Assembly (NCBI RefSeq): GCF_018977255.1
Contig: NW_024704743.1
Span: 29,452,001-29,516,000, forward strand
DNA length: 64,000 bases
Direction: 5' to 3'
DNA from: Callorhinchus milii
Lineage: Eukaryota
The notes under the pieces were generated by a model. That model did not search any database and had not been told where the DNA came from. It saw nothing but the letters and a program-made list of their open reading frames with translations. Within the stretch, counting starts at the first letter, position 1; the number at the start of each line of letters is the position of its first letter. Shown here in pieces: positions 54,701-64,000 of this stretch. The translations under genes were made by a program, and so were the position numbers.

Positions 54701-54882
54701 AGGAGAGAGAGAAGGCGGGCAGGGCGATGGGAGAGAAGGACAGAGGGGGAGTAGCAGATAGAGGGGGTGGGACGATAGACATAGAGGGGGGTGGGAGGAG
54801 AGACACAGAGTGGGGTGGGAGGAGAGACACAGAGGGGGAGTGGGAGGAGAGACATTTAGGAGAGATGGTTGTGGAGAGTGGT
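51767..54882 (-). mobile_element. L2-clade LINE, about 3.1 kb, decayed (APE endonuclease remnant, reverse transcriptase, 3' stem-loop, (TTG)n tail)
   Basis: ORF 51818-53074 has LLDLSAAFDTVDH, GVPQGSILGPLLF and YADDTQLY. The region near 54200-54420 translates to endonuclease N-terminal motifs (NIHSLSNK, LTETWL, RGSGVAFI). It has frameshifts and an internal deletion near 54105 (YRPPK jumps to SIVDKAILDH, losing GDFN). Confidence 0.95.
54740..54855. repeat. About 24-bp G-rich minisatellite in the 5' part of the long L2
   Basis: TGGGAGGAGAGACACAGAG(G/T)GGGG repeated about 4 times with variants. Confidence 0.8.
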
Positions 54883-56594
54883 ATACATTGGTTTAACTGG
54901 TATACAATTGATTAAACAATTTAACTATAACTTTTTCCAAAGCCAAGCAATATCATTTTGGCCTTCTTTAAGAACTGTGTGGGGTGAGTTTTCCATAATG
55001 TTCCCAAAACGTGATAAGGGCATCTCTTAGGAATGTTCCCACTGCTGCTGTGATAATATAATAATAATCCTTGCGATTGATATAGCGCCTTATTGCGTCT
55101 TCGAGAAGTCTCAACCGCTTCAAAAAATATACTGTAAAGTGAATTAACTGTATTTTTTTGTGTAGGCAAAACAAAGCAGCCAATGACACAGCAGTGTCCC
55201 ACAAACGGTCGTGGGTGTAGTTTGGTGGCAAAATCTGCAAAGTACAGCTTTGACTGGCTTCATCTTTCTTGGAAACCAGCTACAAGGAATCGCAACCCTC
55301 ACAAATCAGCGGTACCATATGCGCAGTGGCTCAGGTTCAGTTAGGTTGCTTTCATGTCAGATGCAGCTCTGTGCCATCATGTAACCCTGCACCCATTCCC
55401 CTAGCACTAGTGCAAACCTACACAAATAGTGAAAATAAGCCTCCTGCATCCTCTCCGGTCTGCAGTTGGTTGTGCGGGCATCAGCTTCTTTATCTTCAAC
55501 TGAGCAAGGGGGAGTCACATTATAAGATAAGCAAGGAGCACGCGCTGCTCACAGGGAAATCAGCACAGCAAACATATTAACTCTACACTTGAGTCAGACT
55601 GTCCCAACGTAATGAGTTGAAACTCGTGTTCATAATTACATGGCAAGTCATCCTTTAATTGCGCCTCAGGTGAAGTTGGAGTTGTACAAAAGAAAATAAA
55701 CAAATATACAGTATACATGTACATATCAACTAGCAGTCTCTCGACAATAAATAGGTTAAAACCCTGAAAATAGAGTTCATTGGAAACTCTGAGTACTACA
55801 ATGTCACCTTGATATATTATGGTCCTGCAGTGGCTGTAATGTTGTTGGTTCACTGGAGCTTGCCAGTGTCTGCACAGTTTTAGCTACGTAAATTCCAGCA
55901 ATACTCCTAGTACATATTTTAGGGTCCCATAGCCTTGGCTCTTTCCAATTTGCGCCAACATTCCCTGGGATTGAGTAAACAGGGTGGTTGGGATAATGGA
56001 TTTCTGCATTTCTCATTTTTGATTTTAATTAAAACCCTATTGCTATTTTCATACGCTAATTCAATCATTGTTCTCATCGTTGAGTTAACAAAACCCAATG
56101 TGAAATCATTATTAATATACTGTCACCAGTAACAAGCTTATTAAATGTCCACAGAAAATGCGCAGGTTTAAAATACAAACTTACAAAAGTTAGAAGTTTA
56201 GAGAAAAGCTGACGTAGGATACAAGCTATACCCTTGTATTTTGATCAATTACAACTTTTGATGTCAAAAATATTTTAAAACTACATGAATTTCCCTAAAT
56301 GAGTGATAAGAAACATTCCAAACCACAAATTGATGTGACCTTGTGGAAACTTCACTCCCCAACCACTGGACTTATGATTTATGATCTGTCTGCAGACAGA
56401 GGATCACTGTAAGATGACGGACCTCCTTCTGGCACATCTCCCCGACATCCTGGCCAAGTTTTGGTACTCTTTATGGGAAAGGACAAGCTTAGGGGTATGA
56501 CACACTTGATGACACATTGCAGTGGAACATCATCTGCTGTACCTTCCAGTTAAAAACACCCACAATGTCAAAATACGTGCCAAGGAAGCCAGAA

Positions 56595-56810
56595 CTATGT
56601 GCAATTTGAACTTGGTGCAACAAAAACCTCCCTTTATTTTACAGTGAGGGAGGTCAACATCTGGAACAGGAGGATATCAGGAAGGTAGTTGAGGCAACAC
56701 CCTGGACTGATTCAAGAAACAGCTGGACAGAGTTGTAAGACTCTTCGGGTGGGTATTCTTGAAGTAGAACCAATTGGCCAAAGGTCTTTCTTCACCTCTA
56801 CATCTCTTAA
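56595..56810 (+). mobile_element. Old CR1-like 3' fragment
   Basis: TTTTACAGTGAGGGAGGTCAACATCTGGAACAGG...GTAGTTGAGGCAACACCCTGGACTGATTCAAGAAACAGCTGGA, an FTxRxVNIWN...FKKQLD-like stretch. Confidence 0.6.
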
Positions 56811-56860
56811 CTAGCTAGGGATTTATCAATGTGACTAAGAGCTCAATTTCAGCAAAGTTT

Positions 56861-58777
56861 TACATTAGAGTCATTTTATTGCCATATAGACCTTCAAGTA
56901 ACAGGCACAAGGCCATTGACATAGCTGGAATAGTTAAGGGCTGTGGCTTTCATGGTTCTCTGAAACACGTCATCAAAACAGTAGGATTAAATAATAATAA
57001 TCCTTGCATTTGATATAGCGACTTATCACGTCATCGAGACGTCTCAAAGCACTTCACAGAATATACTGTAAAGTGAATTGACTTGTAAACTTTGTGGCAA
57101 AATGCTGGGATTGTGTGGATTCTTGTTGGTAATTTATAAATGATGTGTGTTTCACACATTCAAACTCTTATGGCTCTTCCTTCAATGTCAATACTGTACA
57201 CGCAAATGGCAATAAATTTCCCATTCATAATTTCACAAGAAAATAAAGAGCAAATGTGAGTTGCAAAGGATTACCTGAGTAAATGGTTTCACAGACACCT
57301 CACTCTTAAATACTTAACATTCACTATAACCTGTATCCAGACAATGGAAAGCTGGGTGTAAATACTTTCACAATTCAGCCTGTGACCTCAAATCAGTTTC
57401 TGTTCAATGACTTCCAGACATGCCAGAAATTCAAGATTGACTTCACGTTTTCCCCCTTTATTTGAACACCTGGCATGACATCCGCCAGTTGTAAGAGATT
57501 CTTAAAAGGATTACAAGAGATTGAAATACAGTATAATTTTATATTGTACGTCCTACAGTCAACAGTCAAAATATGCCATTTGGCCCTGGTCCTGATGCAT
57601 CTCACAGCGTTCTACACAAAAAAACTAAGTGCTTTATCTTTCAAATCGGAGACAAATAGATTTTATAATAATAATAATCCTTGCATTTGATTTAGCACTT
57701 TTCACATCTTCTAGACAACAACAACAACAAGATTTCATTTATAGAGTGCCTTTCACGTCGGGAGGACATCCCAAGGCGCTGGACAGTTGGGTCGGGACCC
57801 GAGCAGGGATGAAATGGTCAGGGTGAGGGGAGGAAAGGGAGGGAGCGAGGAGGGGGTAGAGAATCGAGAGGGGTGCTGAAGGCACGGTCGAACAGAAAGG
57901 TCTTGAGACCGGCCTTGAAGGAGGAAAGGGAGGAGGGGGCGAAGGCACTGGGGAATGGAGTTCCAGAGCCTAGGGGCTGAGAGGCTGAAGGCCCGGCCAC
58001 CGATGGTAGGGCGGTTGGGGCGGAGGATGTGGAGCAGACCGGAGCCGGAGGAACGGAGGGTACGGGCAGGTAGGTAGGGGATAGTAGGTTGGAGAGGTAG
58101 GAGGGAGCGAGGCCGTGAATGGCCTTGTAGGTGAGGATGAGGATCTTGAATTCGATCTTCTGGGGGATGGGGAGCCAGTGGAGGCGAGCGAGGGTGGGAG
58201 TGATGTGGTCCCGAAGCCTGGTGCGGGACAGTACACGAGCTGCAGAGTTCTGAATGACCTGCAGCTTGTGGAGGGAGGTGCCAGGAAGGCCGGCGAGGAG
58301 AGAGTTCCCATAGTCCAGCCTTGAGGTGATAGACGTCTCAAAGCACTTCATAGAATAGACTGTAAAGTGAATTGACTGCATATTTGCAGGGGAAATGCAG
58401 CAGCCAATTGCACACAGCAGTGTCCCACAAACAATCGTGGATGACATTGAAGGAAGAGCCATAAGAGTTTGAATGTGTAAAACATACATCATTTATAAAT
58501 TACCAACAAGAATTCACACAATCCCAGCTTTTTGCTCCCAACACATACAAGTCAATTCACTGTTCAGTATATTCTGTAAAGTGCTTTGAGATGTCTCAAA
58601 AATGTGATAAGTCGCTATATCAAGTGCAAGGATTATTATTATTATTTAATCCTACTGTTTTGATGGCATTTTTCAGAGAACCATGAAAGCCAACAGCCCT
58701 TAACTATTCCAATATGTCAGTGGCCTTGTGCCTGTTGCTGGAAAGTCTGTATAACATTAAGATGCGTCTCTAATGTA
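56861..58777. repeat. Long inverted repeat: arms 56861-57190 and 58442-58777
   Basis: The arms are reverse complements over about 330 bp, including non-repeat sequence (e.g. CACATTCAAACTCTTATGGCTCTTCCTTCAATGTCA vs TGACATTGAAGGAAGAGCCATAAGAGTTTGAATGTG). Confidence 0.95.
57717..58329 (-). mobile_element. Young L2 LINE 3' fragment inserted into a SINE, with TAGAC target-site duplication
   Basis: Reads [16 protein letters not shown]...[15 protein letters not shown] with a (TTG)n tail. TAGAC occurs at 57712-57716 and 58330-58334. The SINE sequence is continuous once the insert is removed. Confidence 0.93.
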
Positions 58778-61700
58778 GATGACTGTTCAATTTAGAAGGT
58801 TCATCTTGGACCACTAGCAAGACACCCACATTTAGTTTAGTCATTTCACTTTTCCCAAATGTGCAATGCTAATCTGAACCTGTCACCAAGATGCTTTACT
58901 TATTTGGCTGAGAACTGGCACACAATGACAATTAAAAAAAATCTTTAATTTTAGAAAACAATTCATGTGGAGTATTTTGTACAGTAGATAAGATAACTCT
59001 GCAACAAATTCTACTTAAATGTATAATATGCATAACACCTTGTTGGCAGTGGACAGCATTTTTTAAAAAATACAGAATCTCTCAAACCATCAAACTCAAG
59101 GGATACTGACACAAGATTTGGCCACACAGTCTCTGGACTAAAAACTCTGTATCTGTATCACTGCACTTGTCCTAGAAAAACGAGACTCACGTGGTTTTAC
59201 TTCCAACAAGAAGCCCAGTCAGGTTGTAATTCAGAATCTCTCTCTCCCCACGCCACCCCGAATATCCCAAATCCTCCTAGACATCAAATGCAGATCACCA
59301 TAACTTAAATCATTCTTCTCTGTCATTTCTGTTGGCTTCCCTGCAAGTCTGGCCTATCAAGGGCACACACTGAAAATGTTGTTCAAGCTGCATCTGGGAT
59401 CTCCCTAAAGTTCCACGATTTAGATTTCTTCCTCGCTGCAGCTAAGACAAAATGCAGCACAGGAAGCAAATATCAGTCTGGCATAGTTATGCCATGAAAG
59501 CGGCAAAGCCATTTATCATCAGAAAATGACTTCACTTGTATAATTGCAACTGATTTGCACCCAGCCTCCCAAGAAATCACAAATAGAAATCCACCGCAAT
59601 TTCTTCAGGAACAAGAGCAAAATATAGCTGGTGTCTAGACATTCAATTTAAAGAACAGAACTCTACAGCTATTTGCATTTAATAATATATCCCCCAGAAA
59701 GTTTTCCCTCAGAAATTTTGGAGTGCAATGAATATTTTTATTCATTAAGAAAAAGGAAACCCACAGATGTAAATAATGACTGAATACCTCTTTTTTCAAA
59801 CTAAGTATCCTGCAGATTTTTTTTGGTCGCATTCTTTAATTCTTCCTCAGGAAACCCTTAATCATAACCTTTACACCACCAGTATACATCTTGTAATATG
59901 GGGATCCACTTTGACTTTGATTTCTTTTTTAAAAAATTATACTAATTCTGTGATGAACAAAGGATTACTTTCTTCAATTTCATAAATATGATGGCAGCTG
60001 TACCTTGATGCATAAGGTCTGCTTTGTGTACCCTAAATAGCTTTGGAGAGAAGTGAACATGAACTGTTTCAAAAGTGGATGAAGCCACGGGGAAAGGCTT
60101 TTCATTTTTTTNATTTGGAAACATAATATTAGACTGTGTTTCAAAAAATAGTTAACATGCTAAACTGATTTAGTCCTTGTGAGTGCTGAATGTACTTTGT
60201 AGTTCTCAAACCAGGTATGATTTCTACAAATATATCCAATCCTAAATTGCGCTCCATCTAACTTCAATAATGGTATTCATTGTAAAGTAAAAACTAGAGG
60301 AATTAATAAAACTGCAGAATAGATTTTCACTGGTAGTGTTGTCCGGCTCTGAACCTTTTCTTAAAATAAAACTATTTATGCAAAATTACTCCCCAAATAA
60401 GAGGGCCAATAAATAATGCACTTAAATATGGCCTGAGCACGATATATTAATGCAAGGAGAAGTGAAATGAAACCTGAGTAAAGCTTTGGACAACAATCTG
60501 GGGAGCTGTGCAGTATACTATGTGAATTTAATCATGAAGGTAAGATGAAGTAACTATTTAGGATTTGTACACAATACACAGTAGAAATACCTTCTTTCTT
60601 CCAATAAATAAATAAGCGAGACGCTAAATCTGGGGTGGAAGCATCCCAAGCATTTTTTGAGACAACCGGTATGCACAGAAGGGGATGTAAACAATTTAAT
60701 ATCCACTGCATAAAGCAACAAACAAGCACAATCCCAGAGACAAGAATAGCACTATAAATTCTCTGTGAAAATCTGTTACACCCTTTTCTCAAATACAACT
60801 GCGAGAGTGCAAACAGGAGATGGATGGCTTAAAATTATCTGCTGTTGTGTATTCCATACATACATAGTAATAATAATAAATCATTGCATTGATATACGGC
60901 CTTTGACATTGGGAGGATATCTGCAAGCGCTTTGCAGGACATATTGTAAAGTATAGTGACAACATTTTGGTGAGCGAACACGGCAGCCAATTTGCACAAA
61001 ACAATCTCCCGTAAACAATCATGAAGCAAACAACCAATTTTATTTTGGGGAATTGTTTGCTAGGGCACTGGGAGAAAAGCATACTTCATTTAGAATTAGC
61101 TTCTTGCAGTGAGTCTTAAAAGATATTTAAAGCTGATCTGTTCAATCAGTCAGCAGCTTCATTGGGCCATTCTAATGAGGCAGAAAATCATGCTCAATCG
61201 CACTGATGACTTTCAACCTAAACACATAAATGAATGTCACCATGTGTACCTTAAAAACAAACTCAGATACATTGTTAACCTCCTGCTTTTCCACACCCCT
61301 GAATTATATAGCTAAACTGCAGGATTCAATAAAACTGCAGATTCCTGTTCACGATTTGCACTCACTGCTATCAATTTGTTTTGGTTTAAAAAAACAAGAT
61401 TAATGTAAAAATGTTGCCGACATGAGAGCCAACAGACCCCATGCTTTCTATGTTCTCAAAAGAACGATTGTAATAAAACTTAAACAGGATCGCATTGCAT
61501 CACTTTAATGAGGATTTAAACTGCTTCCGTGAGTTGAGTTTTTGGCGATTCCCAAGTTGTAACTTGTCATTACAGGTTGTATCTTTTCATGTGCTTTAAA
61601 TGATGGGTGGTTATGATACCCTTCACTTTGCAATTTTTGACTTTACTTTACTCTCTTCCCACATTGTTACCACCTTTGTTTCAAACAATGGTCAATTACT

Positions 61701-61942
61701 AAATAAAAGCTTGAAAAAAACATATCCACACAATGTCAAGCACAATATCTGAGAAACCACAAACTGAAATAGATTTTTTTGGCACTATGGAAGATTTCTG
61801 AAATACAGAGTTGGGTTTGGAAGGGCTATTAGGAATTATTCAACCACGTAAATATGGTAAATTCAGAGCAAGAAGACGTGTGACAGATAATCCTCAATTT
61901 GGCTTATGCTTAATTAATTTGTCACTATGCTTAGCTATTATA

Positions 61943-62530
61943 GGAACATAGGAAAAGGAGGAGGGTATTCAGCCCATCGAGCCTGTTCCGCCATTTAATT
62001 AGATCATGGGCTGATCTATATTTTTACTAGAATTTCAAATCCAATTTTCCACTTTCTCCCCGTATCCCTTAATACCCCGACCTACCAAAAATCTGTCAAT
62101 CTCTTTCTTGAAGGTGTGGATGGATCCACTACCTTTTGGGGAAGAGATTTCCAGATTTCTACCACCCTTTGAGTGAAAAAATGCTTCCCAATTTCACTCT
62201 TAAATGGTCTGGTTCTAATTTTAAGACTTGACATCCTCCCGACGTGAACGGCACTATACAAATGTAATCTTGTTTTTGTAGTATGGCCTCTTGTTTTGCA
62301 TTCCCCCAACATAGGAAATAACTTTTCTGCATCTACCCTATCAAATCCCTTTATCATCCTAAAAACCTCCATAAAAATCACCTCTCAATCTTCTAAACTC
62401 GGGGGAATACAATCCAAGTTTACGCAGCCTTTCCTCTTAACTTAACCCTTTTAGGTCTGGTAACATTCTGGTGAACCTGCGCTGCACCCCCTCCAGGGCC
62501 AATATATCTTTCCTGTGGTGTGGTGCCCAT
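61943..62530 (-). mobile_element. CR1 LINE 3' end interrupted by a 54-bp L2 tail (62229-62282)
   Basis: ORF reads EVFRMIKGFDRVDAEKLFP...TRGH / SLKIRTRPFKSEIGKHFFTQRVVEIWKSLP, a typical CR1 ORF2 C-terminus. The 3' UTR has GGGCTGAATACCCTCCTCCT and a TCCTATGTTCCTA tail. Confidence 0.92.
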
Positions 62531-62682
62531 ATACATGTAACGCAATGCAAATACAATAAAGAGTACTTCTGGAATAAATATACAATGGATCAACTGTGCA
62601 AGATACTACAGGAATTTTCTTTGTTTCAAATTAACCATGATTCAAAATGAGAGGAATTTAAATTCAACATTGTCTTATGATC

Positions 62683-62820
62683 AAAAGACAAAATACTGTA
62701 GATGCTGGAAATCTGAAATAAAAACAAAAGTCGCTGGGAACACTCAGCAGGTCCAGCAGCATCTATGGAGAGAGGAAAGTGAATTAATGTTTCAGGTTGA
62801 TGACCTTTCATCAGAACTCA
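62683..62820 (-). mobile_element. Penelope-like terminal repeat fragment carrying a minimal hammerhead ribozyme motif
   Basis: The minus strand has a hammerhead core (CTGATGA, stem II, GAAA) followed by a TAGATGCTG...CAGCATCTA hairpin. From recall it resembles a common chondrichthyan repeat; the family assignment is inferred. Confidence 0.65.
62780..62820 (-). ncRNA. Minimal type-I hammerhead ribozyme motif (probably decayed)
   Basis: UGAGUU-CUGAUGA-A-AGGU-CAUCA-ACCU-GAAA-CAU-U-AAUUCA. Stem I has 6 bp including one G-U, stem II has 4 bp, and the conserved core is intact. Helix III is ACAU instead of the palindromic ACGU. Confidence 0.7.
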
Positions 62821-62864
62821 AATTGTATTATGATGCTTAGTTAATGGAAATGTCTCTTGTGAGG

Positions 62865-63205
62865 ACTTTGAACTCAGTCTAAGCTGCCACTCCAGTGCAG
62901 TACGGGGCATGCATTGCATTGCTTTGGATGGGATGATAAACAAGATCTAGTCTGCTTGTTTAGATGGAAATTAGAGATACTATGGCCGTACTCAGAAGGA
63001 GAAGGAAATGTCTTCTTGTTCAACAATCCCCCAGATAATTTTCGTCATTCATCTCATAGTTTTCGTGGGGTGATGCTATGCACAAATGGGCTGGCACATT
63101 CACCTACAAAGTGAAAGTCTTCATACTTTCCATTAAATTCTGTGAAATGCTTTGAGATGTCTTCCCGATGTGAAAAGCACCATAACAAATGCAAAGATTC
63201 TTTTT
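62865..63205 (+). mobile_element. Deu-domain SINE remnant
   Basis: CACTCCAGTGCAGTAC...GTGAAATGCTTTGAGATGTCTTCCCGATGTGAAAAGCAC. Confidence 0.7.
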
Positions 63206-64000
63206 ATAAATATTATAAGTGAAAAGACAAAAATACCCAAAGCACAGCATGGCTCTAATGCCTATATTGGGTACATTATATTTTGGTGAGATTAAATCAA
63301 AACCACAGCAATTTGAGGATTAAAGTACTAGCCCTGTACATACAATTCAGAGAACAATCTTTGAATAACGTAAAGACTTTTATGTGTTACAGTGCCAAGC
63401 CCAAACCACTATACTGCCTCAAGGTTGGAATGCTTTCACTTTTCTCTCAATAAATCAAAGTAAATGATATATGAAATTGAACTACTATTTGCTGAATTAT
63501 CTTGAAAACTGAATACAGACCTGCTAACTTAGCCCAGCTTTTCGATACAAGGTCACTTTACAAAGAATTATTGAAGCCATTTTTCACATTGTGGTGTCGA
63601 GTTTGAGAGACCGAGTTTGAGAGACTCATGCTTCTTGCATGACTCTATTCATTCGCTGATCTTTTCAGTCACTGTCAGAAAAACGCTGACTTGTAACAAA
63701 ACTTACACGTAGACTCTCAGCAATTTTCACTGATGGTCTACGAATCATTTTGTCTGATGATTCAGACAAAAATTGTAGATCATGGTCTCCAAATGTACAA
63801 ACAAAACAAATATTTTCAGAAGTTAGAGGAGCATGAAAAACATTTTCATTTTAGATTAATAAAATTGATTTAAGCAAAAAAATGCCTATGTAAAAAATGC
63901 CAATGCGAATAAGTGTAGCAATGTGGGCAGGAAGTACCAACGCCCAGACCAGTAGTCCAGCCTTGTTGATACAAATGCTCAAAATACACTGCACTGAGCA

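Larger units (their letters stand above)
29098..64000 (-). other. GMDS: GMDS intron 1 (partial; exon 1 probably beyond the window end)
   Basis: Precedes the exon-2 acceptor. No ALITGITGQ-coding segment or CpG-island promoter was found by eye. Confidence 0.7.

Noticed and set aside
57818..58492. 224-aa ORF
   Set aside because: A chance fusion of SINE sequence with an inserted L2 fragment.
60112..60112. Ambiguous base n
   Set aside because: A sequencing ambiguity next to a poly-T run, not a biological feature.

Overview
This is vertebrate genomic DNA, most likely from a cartilaginous fish (chimaera or elephant-shark-like). That assignment is inferred from the repeat content: L2 and CR1 LINEs, Deu-domain SINEs and a tRNA-Ala-headed SINE with a (TTA)n tail. 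The window lies inside the large GMDS gene (GDP-mannose 4,6-dehydratase) on the minus strand. Three coding exons with canonical AG/GT sites are present at 29053-29097, 26151-26238 and 21520-21629 (exons 2-4 by human numbering). Exon 1 and exon 5 were not found, so the rest is apparently intron 1 (above 29.1 kb) and intron 4 (below 21.5 kb). The supplied ORF track missed all three exons; its longer ORFs are decayed L2/CR1 fragments. I found no convincing new protein-coding system. The most notable observations are: (1) a minimal type-I hammerhead ribozyme motif in a Penelope-like repeat at 62780-62820, in the GMDS sense orientation; (2) the phase-0-to-phase-0, 243-nt exon 2-4 block flanked by oppositely oriented L2 copies, a circRNA or in-frame skipping candidate; (3) several short-range locally templated duplications, including two inverted duplications of unique sequence; (4) SINEs and L2 LINEs sharing a 3' stem-loop tail; (5) two exon-like segments in intron 4 that would act as poison exons. 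Repeat boundaries are approximate and were read by eye.
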